From Chrysomallon squamiferum (taxonomy: Eukaryota; Animalia; Mollusca), in NCBI GenBank assembly GCA_012295275.1, contig CM022677.1, forward strand, positions 27,714,001-27,778,000: DNA of 64,000 bases. The letters are read 5' to 3'. The notes under the pieces are model-generated. The model worked only from the letters and a program-made list of their open reading frames with translations, did not search any database and was not told the origin of the DNA. Shown piece by piece: positions 1-15,642 of this stretch. A program made the position numbers and the translations under genes. Every line of letters begins with the position of its first letter. The stretch's first letter is position 1.

Positions 1-226
1 CGTAATGTAGCGAGAGAGTTCGTATTATCGCGGTGGTCTCATTCTCGAGTAATGACGTTAGCGGACGCCGCAGCACTCGAGCTGTGCAGGGAGATAACCG
101 AGTTAGTCACACGCTGGTAAGTAAGAGTGTAACCTAATTGACCGCGAGTAAAAACACTGTACGACGAATTTCACAGCGATAGTCTGTAATCTTTGTGTGT
201 GTGTGTGTGTGTGTCTCTCTCTCTCA

Positions 227-321
<95 letters not shown>

Positions 322-419
322 CATACCGCTTTATTTCTATTTTTAAAATTTAGTTTAAATTTGTTAAATGAGAATTAAAATTATTATTGTATTGTTGTTG
401 TTACTACTACTACTACTAT

Positions 420-458
<39 letters not shown>

Positions 459-1759
459 CACTACCACTACTACTACTACCACTACCACTACTATTACTAT
501 TTCTACAACTACTACTATATAACTACTACCACAACTACTACTATTATTATTATTACTACTACAACAACTACTACTACCACCATCACTACTACCACCACTA
601 CTATTACTACCATATACTACTACTACACTACTACACTACCACCACATACTATCACTACTATACTACACCACCACCACTACTCCTACATATACCACATACT
701 ACCACTACTACACTACACCACCACCACTACTCCTACATATACCACATACTACCACCACTACTACTACTACCACATACTACTAAACTACTATTACTACTAC
801 TACTACTACTACTCCTACTACTACTACCACATACTACCACATACTACTACTACTACTACTACTCCTACTTCTACTACCACTACCACATACTACTACTACT
901 ACTACTACTACTACTGTTATTACTAGTAATCTAACTGCACGCTGCATTAACCCGCGGCCCGCTGTAGTTAAACAAATAAGCCGGTGTCAGTCTGGCTTAT
1001 CGTGAAGACAGACCACTTCAAGTCTTAATCGAATGAAGCCGGTCCCTCCGCGGCCGTCTGAGGAAAACACTGCACCGACGACGCGCGTGGCAGTTGAGAG
1101 TCACGTGATTACCAAATTTGTCACTTCACATTACAGCGCGGCCTCGCTGTCGCTAATTCTGCTCTCGATACAGAAAGTAGCGCGGCCATTTTTTTTTTTT
1201 TTCTTTTTTCTTTTTTGTTGTGTTTTCCTTCTTTTTCACTCGTGTTGCTGTTTCGGTGAAGTTTTTGAGAAAGTTTACGAAAGATGATTTATACTTGGGT
1301 TCTTTTTTTTTTTTTTTCTTCTTAGATTCGTGTATATGTTAAATGCGGACAGAGTCTTATTAGTAGTGTGTGGTTAAACTCTGACATTTATCGTATTTAA
1401 CTATAAAAAGATGAATGCGTGCAATTTGCTGTCAGTTTATAACTGGTTCCTTGGAACAAATCAGAATTATACTTTACGTTATTTAAGTGTTTTTTTGCTA
1501 CTTACACGCAAAAACACTTTATCAAGTAATTTTTTTTTCTTTTTTTTTTTTCAGTAATGGTAAATGTGGATTTGCAACAAAAAAAAAAAAAAAAAAAAAA
1601 AAAATTCAGTTATCATTAAAGTATCTTCCATAAGCACCTATGGTATATATGCACTGTACAATTAAAACTATTACTGAAATAAAGACACCAGTTCCAATCC
1701 AATGCACAAAACTATAAAAGCGTTCAGCATAGATTATAGGCTATACCGAATGAAGAAGA

Positions 1760-2250
1760 AAAAGAACTGAAAATTATTCGCAAGATGGGAGAATAACATC
1801 AACTGAATTAATAACAGATTGTAAAAAGATCTCAGAAGGTAAGAACAAAAAACGAAAAAAAAAAAAAAAGAAAAAAGGACTGACAGCAAATCTAAGTTAA
1901 GATAAGCATACGACATGGAGTAGGATTATCAAACAAATCATCGTCCAGTTTTGCAGACAGGCCTAAATACACCTTCAAGGATTTGAATGACTAAATCCAA
2001 GGTGGGAGCGAGAACAAAAAACAGCGTGGAAAATCTGTTGTTGGTGATCTTTAGAGAACAGATTTTCGCCTCACATTAGACTGAGATCTAGAACAGTACA
2101 ACAACACAGAGAAGGATGGTAACTCAGGAGTCAAAGAGACGGGTTATTGGTTTTTACATCAGATGTATAAATACTTCTAAAATATCATTTTCCAGTTCTA
2201 GAGCCCGTGCAGTTTGTGAGGTGCACACTACACAGAGCGATGGTAGCTGA
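1760..2250 (+). mobile_element. Possible highly decayed BEL/Pao LTR-retrotransposon integrase C-terminal remnant
   Basis: Fragments in shifting frames (TWSRIIKQIIVQFCRQ, NPRWER, SVVGDL, EKDGN) loosely follow the RW..Q...FW.RW / KW....VGDLV / G.DG.VR order of the Pao integrase tail. Weak, many stops. Confidence 0.25.
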
Positions 2251-2445
2251 GATGTCGATTAAAAAGATGTTACGTCAGACGTCAACGTTTCTCTTGCTAT
2301 TTATTCTACATGTCCATCTGCTGTTAAACATTCCAATAACAGATATACTTTCTAAAATATTTTGTGTCCAATTCTACGATCAGACAATTTTTCATATGCC
2401 TTGATTATACTGTCTGAATGTGTATATATATGGGTGTGTATGTGC

Positions 2446-2490
<45 letters not shown>

Positions 2491-2964
2491 TATTTGTTTG
2501 TCAAAACAATCAAGGTTGTCAAAGAAAAGAAATTCCTTTCTTATGTGATGACATTTTTACCAATGTCAGAGGACGCATCCTAAAACAGTCATTAACAGAC
2601 GTATTTTCCTAATTATGTTTCAACTACCAGCTCCGAACTTTTAGCACCTGTTCAAAAAGATATACATATATCACACTGTATGTGGGTTTATGTTAAATGT
2701 TCAGTAATGAATTTCAGTTCGTCTGTTTTAACTGATGAAGCTCAGGATGTAGATGCAATGACGACGACGATGATGATACCGATGTCGATAGCAATGTAAA
2801 TAAGTCTGAAACGACTGTCACGAAATTCCGATGAACTGACGTATGTAAATGATTATATAAACAGTCGTAAATTTTACGACTTCTTGAAATTCGACCTGTC
2901 ATCACTGAACTGTTTCTGTATAGAAATGTCGACTATTTGTACTTAAACCACCCCTTCGCGCATT

Positions 2965-3355
2965 TATGTATTTCATTGTATTTTAACGTATTACGTATTT
3001 CAATGTTTTTTTAACGTATTTACGCATTTCAATGTGTTTTTTAACGTATTTACGCATTTCAATGTGTTTTTTAACGTATTACGTATTTCAATGTGTTTTA
3101 ACGTATTTACGTATTTCAATGTGTTTTAACGTATCTACGTATTTCAATGTGTTTTAACGTATTTACGTATTTCAGTGTATTTTAACGTATTTACGTATTT
3201 CAGTGTATTTTAACGTATTTACGTATTTCAGTGTGTTTTAACGTATTTATGTATTTCAATATCTTTTAACGCATTTACGCATTTTAATGTATTTTAACGC
3301 ATTTATTTATTCCAGTGTGTTTTAACGCATTCACTTATTTCAGTGCATTTTAATA
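2965..3355. repeat. ~29-bp minisatellite (TTTTAACGTATTTACGTATTTCAATGTGT)n
   Basis: About 13 tandem imperfect copies visible directly. Confidence 0.9.
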
Positions 3356-3621
3356 CATGTGTCTAATTTCATAATATTAATTAAATGCGTGGAACTTAGA
3401 CATACTTCGAATTTCGATTACTAAATAAGACAGGATCTTTCCTGGTAGATAGACGTGTTTAAGGGATAAAAATATTTTTAAAATTTGGCTTTTACGTTTA
3501 AATATAGAAATATATATATATATATATATATGAAAATATTTTATATTTGTGTGTTTGTTATGTGTGTATTTCTACATACTTTGTTTTGAGTGTAAGAAAG
3601 AAAGAAGATACAGACAGAGAC

Positions 3622-3727
<106 letters not shown>

Positions 3728-5309
3728 ACACACACACACATTACAGAATAAGGATCTAATTGCTCCAAAAAAAAAAAAAAATGAAAAAAAAAAGAATGAA
3801 GAATAAAAATAGAAAATAATTTCCACGGAAACATCCGAACAGTTGAAAAGAATGTCGAATCGCTCGAGTAATTCCGCTCTTTCCGAGGAAGCGTAGGAAG
3901 ACAATCTCTATCGTGGAAATTGGTCAGCGTCGGAAATGCGTTAGCAGGAGTATTTAAAATGGTGTCATGGCGGCGTTTTAAAGGTCGTTTGTTTCCGGTT
4001 AGGATGACATTAGAGCGAGGCAATTTCGCAGAAGACAATGCAGGAGAGGAAACCGTAGGGAGGTAGTGGGAGGGAATTGTAACAGCTGCCTCGCAATTTC
4101 GGAAGTAACTATCAATTATTAGCAAGTGCCGCGAAGGTGCAGTAAATGACCAGTGAGCTAAGCGGATTAACGCTTGATGATTCTGGATAATAAAATAAAC
4201 GAGGGAAATATTGAAAGAGAAAATCTGATTTTTTTTTTGTGCTTGTGTATGTGTGTGTGTGTGTGTCTGAGTGTGCGCGTGTGTGTGTGCGTGTGTGTGT
4301 GTATCTGTGACTGTATCTATTTGTGTGAGTGCTTTTTAGTGTGTATGTGTTTGTGTTTGTGTGTGAGTGTGAGTATGTGCATGGGTGTTTGTGTGCGTAT
4401 ATTTGTGACTGTGTGTGGATTTGTGTTTGTGTGTGTGTGTTTGCCTATGTGTGTGTTTGTGTGTGTGTCAGTGTGTGTTTGTGTGCTTGTGTTTGTATGT
4501 CTCTGTGTGTGTTTGTGTTAGCGTGTATGTCCGTGTGTCTGTGTGAATTTGTGTTAGTGTGCGTTTGTTTGTGTTTTTTTGTGTGTGTTTCTGTGTCTTT
4601 GAGTGTGTTTCTGTCTGTATGTGTGTGTGTTTGTGTGTATTTGCATGTTGTGTATGTGTATGTTGTGTATGTGCATCTTAGTTTGTATAACGAACATGTG
4701 TCTGTGTGTATGTGTTTTTTTACATACATACAGCATGCACACATACAGGTAGATAGAAAGACAGACAAACAGTCAATACACACACACATACACACACACA
4801 CACAAATATAAATATTTATATACACACGTGTATTCAACCATATATCAACAAAAACAACAGAATAGTTATAGTAATAGTAGAAGATGTAGTAGATGTTACG
4901 GTAGATGCAGTTGTAGCACTGTAAAAGGAATAGTAGTTGTAGTAGAAGTGTATCAGGCGCAGTTGCAGTAGTATCAGGAATAACAACATTGGTGATATAG
5001 TAGTATTAATAATATTACTAAAATTTGTAGTAGTAGCAGTAGCAGTAGCTGTTATATTAAATTTGCTACTAACGAAATAGTAGAAGTCGTTTATTTTATT
5101 AGTAGTAAATGTAGAGGTAATAGTAACAGTAACCTATTTTACATGAAGTAGTAATTAGGGAAATAGTTGTAAGGTTAATATTAAGAGTAAGAAATAAAAG
5201 AAAATTCTGAAAAGCAAAGAGAATAAAGAGAAAAAAGAAAGAATTGAAATGTTAAAAAATCCACATGTTCCCAAATCCTCCAAAAAGACTAAAACCCACA
5301 AAAATACAG

Positions 5310-5341
<32 letters not shown>

Positions 5342-5436
5342 AAGAAATCAATAGTAATAGAAAAAAAGTAATCTTAATTATAATAAAAAATAAAAAAAAA
5401 TAAATAAATAAATAAAAAAAAAAATAAAAACAAAAA

Positions 5437-5496
<60 letters not shown>

Positions 5497-6081
5497 TACT
5501 ACTAATAAAAAGGTGATAACAAGGAAAATAAATAATATAAAAAAAAAAAAAAAAAAAAAAAAAAACAACAACAGAGGAAAATCTGTGAGGTGAAAAAGAT
5601 GAGAAAAAAAAAAAAAAAGTCTTGTTAATTTAGCTAAAAGCATTTTGATGATGTTGTTCTCTGTGACGTCCTCTCGCCAACTCATAAAGAGCAGAAATGT
5701 GTTAAATGTGTTTAATTATTTTTATTACTTGTCAGAGTAAAGGTAAAAATGTAGGCTACACGTATTAATGGGTGACTTGGTTTTACTGAACTGTCGCTGA
5801 GGTCTTTGGCTTCGTCTTGGTAAATGATGCGAAAATGTAAATTAAGAGTTAAGTTTATTTTTGATGATGATGACGACGACGACGATGATAATGATGATAA
5901 CGGTAACAATAACAACAACAGTCAATAATAATAATAATAATAATAATAAATTTAATGATGGAGGAAATAATTAAACTTTGAGTGAGAGATAAAGGTAGAG
6001 ACAGAGGGAAATATAGAAAACGAAAGAGAGATAGAAAAAGACAGAGATACATACAAATATATGTGTGGGTGTGTGTGTGTG

Positions 6082-6261
<180 letters not shown>

Positions 6262-6536
6262 TCCTCAGGAATTTTTCAAACATGGACAAAAATCTTGTAT
6301 CAAATAATTTGTGAGTGATTACATGTAAAAAAAATAAGAAATAAAGATATAGAAAAAAAGTAAAATATAGAAGAAAAAAAAAGCAAAAAAAATAAAAATA
6401 AAAAAAAATAAATATAAACATTAGTTTGAAGGACATTGCTATTAATACTGGAAACGACACATCTGACCTCTGACCTCTGACCTCCGGAAATTTGCAAATA
6501 TATAACTAAATTACCATTAAAAAAGTTGACACTCAC

Positions 6537-7336
6537 TTTTCTATCCCATCCCTCGTCTTATAGGTGCTCTTGTAGAGTCCGCGGAGATTCGGCAGGATCC
6601 GTCCACGGAAATCGCCGATCTGTACGGAATACGCCGAGCCGGCCGGCAGGTCTCCGTCCAGCTCGAGAACGTAGAACTGGTAGCGCTTTTCGTAAAACTG
6701 CTTCTTCACGCGACGCCCCGGGAACGGTCCCAGCGGAACGACCCGGATGTACTTCTCCGTCACGTCGAGCCACGTGCTCCGGTGGAACATGACGTAAGGC
6801 GTCGCCGTCGCCACGGAGACGGAGATGTTGACGGCTCCGAAGAAGACGAAGTTCGTCAGGTCGATCTTCAGCCTGAGGTCGTAGTGCTTCGGGATCAGCG
6901 TCTTCGGCAGACGGATTCGTTTCCACGGCGGAATCTTCGAGGCGTCCATGTTTGTGTTCAGGTCGGTGGCCAGTCCTTCAGGGTCCGTCTTCGCGCTTTT
7001 CTCGCACGTGCACGTCTGGTTCGTTGTGTTGGTCACGTGACCGTCGTTCCGCTGTCTGCCGGCCTCCGCGTTCGGGTTCCCGTAGGTGAGGGTCTGTTCC
7101 GGGCAGCCGCAGTTCTCGGTGTGTTTGAAATACATCGCCGTCAACGTCAACAACGTAACGACGAGAAGAAGCAGAAAGGCGCTGAACAGGACGATTCTGA
7201 GTCGCGTGACGTAACAGCCCGGCCGATCGGCCTGACGTATTCTCACGACCGTGTCTTTCGTCATGACGTCATTGGTGTTGCCAAGGTTTTTCTGCTCGGC
7301 GAAAGTGACGTCAGGAAATCTTTCATTTCTATCCAT
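6537..7336 (-). CDS. First coding exon of an M1-family membrane aminopeptidase (aminopeptidase N / glutamyl aminopeptidase-like); rest of gene lies left of the window
   Basis: ATG at 7336 (track starts at a TTG). Short cytoplasmic tail, type II TM anchor (IVLFSAFLLLLVVTLLTLTAMYF), stalk, then PWKRIRLPKTLIPKHYDLRLKIDL...F.GAVNISVSV...YVMFH...GLYKSTYK, the typical M1 N-terminal domain start. Ends at phase-2 donor AA|GTGAGT. The expected next exon (AxTQF..TDAR.AFPCFDEP) was not found in 1-6536. Confidence 0.9.
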
Positions 7337-9950
7337 TCCCAAAATGTTTTTTTGAAAAAGTTAATCGTTTCCAGCGATCCTGTTTCGTTATACATTCACG
7401 ATCCTGATTTTTTTTTGTATTTCTGTTGTTAATTTCTTACTTAATCGTATTATAAATAGTATTTTTTAAAAGCTGAATTCTGGCTTGTAATAAAGAAACT
7501 TCTTTTTAAATATACATGTATATATATATTTTTTTTTACATATTTAAAACAAATCCGATTCCTCACAATGTGTACGATCTGTGATTTCAATTAATCCTTT
7601 CCGATATTCGTCAGAAACTTTATTTTTTATTTTTTGTTTAACATAATCCTAGTCCGAAATAAATCCAATTTTTAGTTTTAAAAAACTCAAGTTCGATTAC
7701 ACGTCCATATATAAATATATTTTAATTAATCCTGGCCCGTAACACATTCCACGTGCATATTTTAATCAATCCGTTCCAGTAACAGAAAATACGAATACAA
7801 TTATTTATTAATTAATCCTTCCTATATCACACAATCCGTTCACATTTTAAACCAACCATTTTCCTTAGTAAGGTTTTCAAAACACATCGATATGCATTTT
7901 CTTCATTTCTCTTCTTTCTTCTAATTCTCCTTCTTCCTCTTCTTTTTTTCTTTCTTTTTTTTTTTTTTTGAATTACTATTATTCTTTTCTTCTACATAAT
8001 CTTTAATTAATCCCGTTCCACTTTATCCCGCTCCGCGGCGAATTTTTATATTTTTTTTATTGAATCCTAATCCGTGTCATAGTCACGTCTTACTTTTTGT
8101 TTACTAACTTCCCGGCGAACACAAAACGGTTATTTTCCAAACACACTTTGAGCTCCGTTACGGCGAGCACACAAACACAGTTTTACAACCCAGCCATTCA
8201 ACTGGTCGATTGAAGGAAAGATAACTCAGTTAAACAGATCCGAACTCTTCTTTATGCAAGATTAGAAATTCAATATTACAGTTGACTGGCTCCAGTTGCG
8301 CAGAGAAAAAGCTGTCTGTGTAGATATCCCCATAGCGGATCGCAGGCGAGGTAACCAGTGGAATTTCTGAAAATAATTATGTAAAACGCAAGCGATTAGT
8401 AAAATACTTTTTTTTTTTTTTTCTTCTGTGGGGAGACAGACAGGTCGCTTATTGAAGTCTTTTTTTTTTAAATCCTAACACAACCTCATCAGGGCTCAGA
8501 TATTTTTCATTTTCATTATTATTTTTTTTTCTTTTCAGGAAATTTGTGTTGCTGTTATTGTCGATTACAAGAAGTAATTCAATATCTTTATGTCATTTCT
8601 TTCTTCCTTTAAATCTGAGGTTATTCAGTCTACGGTAATTTTATTCTGTGATAAAATTTACCTACCTACATCGATACTTATATACATACATTTATTCTGT
8701 GATACAAATGCATACATACAAACATACATACAAACATTCATACATACATACATACAAACATACATTCATACATACAAACATACATACATACATACAAACA
8801 TACATAAATACATACATACATACATACAAACATACAAACATACATACATACATACACACACACATACATACACACATACATAATACATGCAGATATATAA
8901 TTCGTAACCGAATGGAAAACAACAAAAACAACAACAACATCAGCTACAAAATAAAAATACAACTACAACAACCCCTCAGAAAAAAAAAAAAAAAAAAAAA
9001 AAATAACAAAAAACACACACTAAAAAAACAACAACAAACAAAGAAAACAAACGACACCAGCAAAACAGAAAAGCTAACGTTAAGCTAATAACGACAACAA
9101 CGCCAATAAAGAAAAGATATTGTTTGTGAAAACAGTGTCATTATTATTCGCGAAGCTGAAGCACATCTACTAAATCAATGTTTCGCATTCGCTAAGCCAG
9201 CCAATTTTTACTGTGTCCTGCTTCTGCGGTCTGTGCCGTATTTCGGTTAATGCAATTCCTAACATGTTTACCATATTTTTATTAATTCAATATACGCGCG
9301 AATTATCTCTCTTTGTGGATCATTGACAGTCATGCAACAGCTTTCAAGTTTAATCGTAACATTTGTTTAACGGAAAGAACCAAAAAAAAAAAAAAAAAAA
9401 AAATTAAATTAAAATAACCACTATTACGGAAACAACCGAACATTTACGAAAAAAATATTTCGATTAATAAAATACACTAATATATTTTCACACATGAATC
9501 AGCAACGTGCATTATGATGATATCGTTGATTATACAAAAAAAAAAAAAAAAAAAAAAAAAAAAACACCGCACGGGAATTTAATCATTTAATTTCAGAAAA
9601 CAACGAAGCCGACGGTATGACGGTAACGCCCGAATACTTTCCGATCAACCTTCGGCAAAATTCCGATGTCTTACGCCGATGTCTCAAGGTTTCTTTCGCC
9701 AGAATCTGATGGCTGTAAACAGAACGAGTCACTAGGGAAGAGGCAACCTGTGAATGATTACACAGAAGTACCAGATTGATCTACTGTGATGTACTTAAAA
9801 CGGTCGTCTGCTGAAAATCTTACTAATTGCTACTCGCCAGGTGTCGCTTTACTCAGACGCGTAATTATCTAGAAACCGGTCTCTATTGTTGCACGTTATC
9901 CACGTGTCTTAATTAATTCTACAATATAATAATAAAAATAATAATAGTAG

Positions 9951-10078
<128 letters not shown>

Positions 10079-10728
10079 ACCCTCACGCAGTATTTGTAAG
10101 TGAGAACAAAGACAAAATTACATTAGTTGATTAATTTTAGGCGATTTTAGATGAGGGCCATTATTTCAGGATTTCATCACAAGCCAGAGAATCACAGTTA
10201 TTCAGCCTAGAAATCTTTTGTCACTATCAGTCTTTGTTCTGCTTGCAGCTGATGTAAAAAATGTAAATTAAATGTATGATACATGACAATAATAATAAGA
10301 AAAAAATATGTAAAAAAAAAAAAAAAAATAAAAAATAAAATAAAAAAAAAAAAAAAAAAAAAAATGAAGAAAAAGAAAGAAAAGAAAATATTAATTATAC
10401 AACTGTAAATAAGTAATAACATTAACAACAACAACAAAAACAATAATAGTAGTAATAGTAGTAGTAGTAGTAATGGTAGTGGTAGTGGTAGTGGTAGTAG
10501 TAATGGTAAGGTAGTAGTAGTAGGTAGTAGTAGTAGTATTGGTAGTAGTAGCAGTAATGGTAAGGTAGTGGTAGTAGTAGTAGTAGGTAGTAGTAGTAGT
10601 AGTCGTCGTATTGGTAGTAGTAGTAGTAGTGGTAGTAGCAGAAGTAGTAGTATTGGTAGTAGTGGTAGTGGTAGTAGTAGTAAGTAGTAGTAGTAGTAGT
10701 CGTATTGGTAGTAGTACTAGTAGTATTG

Positions 10729-10768
<40 letters not shown>

Positions 10769-11449
10769 TAGTAGTAGTAGTAGTATTGGTAGTATAGTAG
10801 TAGTAGTAGTAGTAGTAGCAGTAGCGGTAACAGAATATATAGAAAATACATGAAGATAAATAAATAAATAAATAAATAAATAAATGAACAATCGAAATAC
10901 AACAATGACAAGTACATGAAATGTTCTGATTTCAGTGTTTACCTGCTGAGAGGATTTTAACGTCAATCAGTGCGATTCATTTGTGAAACAAAATCAAAAA
11001 ATAAAAATCCGGGAAACAGCACGAGCTTCTGTGCACGTGTGACGTTTGTACGTCTGTAAATAACAAACATGTCTGTCTCCTGAATGTCCTTGACGTAGTA
11101 CTTCATTCTAAACATTTTGTATTCTCCATCTGTTTTTCCATTTGGAATGAGTTTTTTTTAGTGATTTGGTATGTTTGCTGATTTTTTTTTTGTCTGTTTA
11201 GTTCTATATATTTCTTTTTCAATTAACAGTTCACGTTATTCCAGTAATTAAAATATCCAGTAATAAAATTATAAGTTGATGTTAGAGGCTCCCAATGAAA
11301 CAAGTCTAGACACTTTTTCGTGGTCTTGTTGATTAGAAGAGAAAATAACAATATTTTACTCGTAAACATTGAATCATTTCATTGCAGCTTTCACTTATTA
11401 TTATTATTTATTATTATTATTGTTGTTATTGTTGTTGTTGTTGTTGTTG

Positions 11450-11484
<35 letters not shown>

Positions 11485-12233
11485 TTGAATTTAAAAAGTT
11501 AAAAATTATTTATATTAAAATTTCCAGTCTTGCATGTCTTATGTCAGTTTATCATTTTTCTTTGGAACATTTATATTTTTTGCTCTATCATTATATTCAG
11601 TATTACATTTATTTATATGTTTTTTTAGCACTTTCAGAATATTATATACACCTCACAGTTTCCTTACAACTGTTCTCACTGAAATATTCCAATTTGCAGT
11701 TTGAAATATAAACTGAAATTCCTTTACTTATCTACGCTTGTCTTCAAATATTTTTTTTTCTTTATAATCTCCAAGCTTCATTAAAACGAACTGAATAAAC
11801 CTTTATATTTATAGCACATGCAGATTTATTTCTTTGATTCTGAAACTTTATATGTATTCACAGAGTGAACTCAGAGCTTTATTTACCGAATCTTCAACCT
11901 TCACCTTATCAGCTTGAATCGTGTTGGTCTTGCGCTGTAAGTATTCTACAGAATGAATAATTTTGAAACAAACTCTCTGAATCCGAGGAATACACTGAAT
12001 CTGGAATGTTATTTACAGAATGTCAAATTCTTCAGGTATCAGTTTTAAAACGTCTTCTTGTTCCTTTGAGAATATCGTCACCACAGATTAGTTATAAAAC
12101 GAGAAATTTAAAAAAATATATATATATTTTGACATATTTAAACACTATCTTTGTACATATATATATTCAATAATATAATCCGATCAAAGCTATATAAGCC
12201 GATAACAGATTAACTTCCGGTAGAAGGACGCAT

Positions 12234-12266
<33 letters not shown>

Positions 12267-12660
12267 ATCTCTTTCAGTGAGAATTCACCACGGTGTTCAC
12301 AAAAACATTACCACTAATCCAATCGAACTCGCTCTTCACCGATAAAAATCCACAGGATACATTTCCTATACAATAATTCTTCGGAGTCAAATCGATGCAA
12401 AGAAGTACAAACAACTCTTATCCCGCGTTAAATAATAATTTCCGCAACCCGGACGAGCGAGATCGCATTGCAGCACAGCTTAATTACTTTTTCGCTGAAC
12501 TGCACGGAGGTCGGATTTATAGCCATGCCAGGCTTAGCGCGTGCGCGCGCGTCTTTTCCGACTCATTCCGAAAGGATTTGACTCTTCTTCTTCTCCTCCG
12601 TCCGTAATTCAGGTTCGGTTTTCGAAAACGTCGACTGGTTTTAGTTACGAACGTGACGGT

Positions 12661-12696
<36 letters not shown>

Positions 12697-13216
12697 GTGT
12701 AAAGAGCGAAGCATAAAAGGAAAACAGTTTTTTTTTTTTTTTTTTTTGCTACAGACGTCTGTTCTGTTATGGGTTCTCCGATATTCAATTACTTAGCAGT
12801 TCCCAACAGCTTTTAAAAAAAAAAAAAAAAAAAAAAAAAGTTATTTAATTTTTAATTTTTTTTTTTTAAATTAAGCCTATGTAAATGATGACGACACGAA
12901 TAGGTGGCTTTTAAATTTCTTTAAATGGACAGAAAGATATATATATATATATATATATAAGAAAAAAATAGAAAGATATAGAGATGCAGTTAGGTTAGGT
13001 AGATAGTTATGTAAATATGTAGCGTGTTCTCAGTATTTTTACTGAAAATAAGCAAGAATTGGATGGAAGAAAAACAAAACAGGTAAATAAGAGATAGATA
13101 TGTAAATATACCGTGTTTTCGTGTCATGTTTTTGTTTTTGTGTATTTATACTGAACATTAGCAAGGAAGGGATCTATCTATCTATCTTTCTATCTGTCTG
13201 TCTGTCTATCTATCTA

Positions 13217-13249
<33 letters not shown>

Positions 13250-13269
13250 TATCTATCTAGCTATCAATA

Positions 13270-13353
<84 letters not shown>

Positions 13354-13813
13354 GATATAGATATAGATACAGATATATATATATATAGATATATACACAT
13401 ACACCCCCCCGACCAGAAACACACACAAAGAGACAGACAGATACCTGGAACGTATTCTCGTTAACAAATAGTAGAAAAAAAGATATTGAAAAAAAAGAAA
13501 AAAAAAAAAAAAAAAAAAAAAGGAAAAGCAAATCTAAAAAGAAGAAAGAAAAATGACTGACTGATCTGTTACTGAGTTATATAGTCCTGGGACTTCATTT
13601 TTCTTTTTTTTTTTTAATCTCATTCGTACATTGCAAGTTTCCATGACAAAAAAATCTGTGTTATAATTACTTATCTCTCTCAATCAGTACAATACTTCTT
13701 TTCAATTTCACCACTGTCGCAGATAATTTGTGAATGCACATTTTTCAATAACTGATTTAACGAACTCATCTTTTATATATAATATATGTAGCTGCCTCTA
13801 TGTGTTTGCGTCT

Positions 13814-13856
<43 letters not shown>

Positions 13857-14105
13857 GTGTGTGTGTGTCTAATTTACGTGTATATTAATATATCATTCAG
13901 CCATTTTCGTTTCTTGCATTTTATTCCGTCTTACTGTTCTGTGTTGTTTCTGAAAATGTATTCGTATAATCGGTAGATTAACTGAACAAGATTGAAAGCT
14001 GAAGAAACAACAAAACTGATTGACTGGAAAGCGGCATTCAACGAGAGATTTGTGTTTTCACTAACACCTTAACACCAGCTTACCAAAACTGATTACTTCT
14101 TTTAA

Positions 14106-14227
<122 letters not shown>

Positions 14228-14754
14228 CTAGTTTTATTTTCATAGAAATGTAAAAATATGCCAGCGTATTTCAGTTGTTCTTTTTTCTTCTATTTCTGTA
14301 CATTCAACGACATATTAACTTTTATGGGACAGAATAATACGTAGATAGACGTACATACCTACTTTCTGGAATATATGTACACATATACACACACACACAA
14401 ACACAAACGCACGCATGCATGCATGCATGCAGACATACATACGTACATATATATATACATACATATATACATATAAACTGACACATTATACAGAAAGACA
14501 CAGAGCCAGAGAGAGACAGACAGACAGACAGGGACAGAGATATAAAAGTATGTATATAAAAGACCGATTGGGAAAGAAAGAAAAATAGAAAGAAGGAAAT
14601 ATATATATATATAAAAAAATTTAAATTAAATTTTAAATGATAAAAAAAAAAAAAAATGTGAAAAAAAAGTAAAAAAAGAAAAGGCAAACGCTGTTTATTA
14701 AAGATATCAAAGCTGACGTGCTGTGGATAGGTACAAAATAAAATAGGTCACGAG

Positions 14755-14838
14755 ATCACCATGGCAACCGAACGGTCGCCTGTCTCCTCTCATAAGCAGA
14801 CGACAACTAAAATCCCGGCGGGCTGTAATCGACGGAAT

Positions 14839-14913
<75 letters not shown>

Positions 14914-15215
14914 TGTATGTATATATGTATATATGTGTGTGTGTGTGTGTGTGGCTGGGACAAGAACTAATTTAATACGACTAGAAAATTCCTTCGCTCG
15001 GTTTTCCGCGTTCTCCTGGGCCCACTTACGAATACGCGAATTGAAGTAATGAAGATGTTTGAACTGCACGTCAAAACGAATCGACGGATAATCACCAAAT
15101 CAACTCTGCTGCGCTGTCGCTGGGGTATTCGGGGACTGCATCATACGTTTACGTTAGGCGGCCATGTTGAATTTCTGCATACAAGAACGGGGGTCTCGCG
15201 GGAGTTTGCGAGAAA
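14755..15215 (-). promoter_or_regulatory. CpG-rich promoter and probable non-coding first exon (about 15030-15170), possibly of the aminopeptidase gene
   Basis: CpG-rich patch in an AT-rich background; YY1-like CAACATGGCCGCC (minus, ~15158-15170); TCTCGCG-type motif near 15194; RFX-like CCATGGCAAC at ~14759; strong minus-strand donor TTC|GTAAGT at 15029. Linkage to the aminopeptidase is inference. Confidence 0.4.
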
Positions 15216-15554
15216 TGATTTCTGTCCGATATTCTTAAATGAGTCACGAAAACAGAGGCAATTAGAACGGATGGATCGACGCTTTTCGTTTTTTTTGTTT
15301 AATGATCCATTTTAGCCAATTATTATTATTATTATTATTGTTATTATTATTATTATTATTATTGTTATTATTATTATTATCATTATTATTATTATTATTG
15401 CAGGAAGCTGTTTAAGTGCGTACAAAAAGTATGGAAACAGTATTATAGGGATGCTTACATACATACGAAAACACAACTTAACAAGTGTAAAAATATACGT
15501 TTGATCATACATAGACGTGTGTGTGTGTATCTGTGTATATGTGTATCGAGAAAT

Positions 15555-15642
<88 letters not shown>

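Noticed and set aside
6526-7432. Overlapping ORFs of 216, 122 and 88 aa around the aminopeptidase exon
   Set aside because: Shadows of a GC3-rich coding exon.
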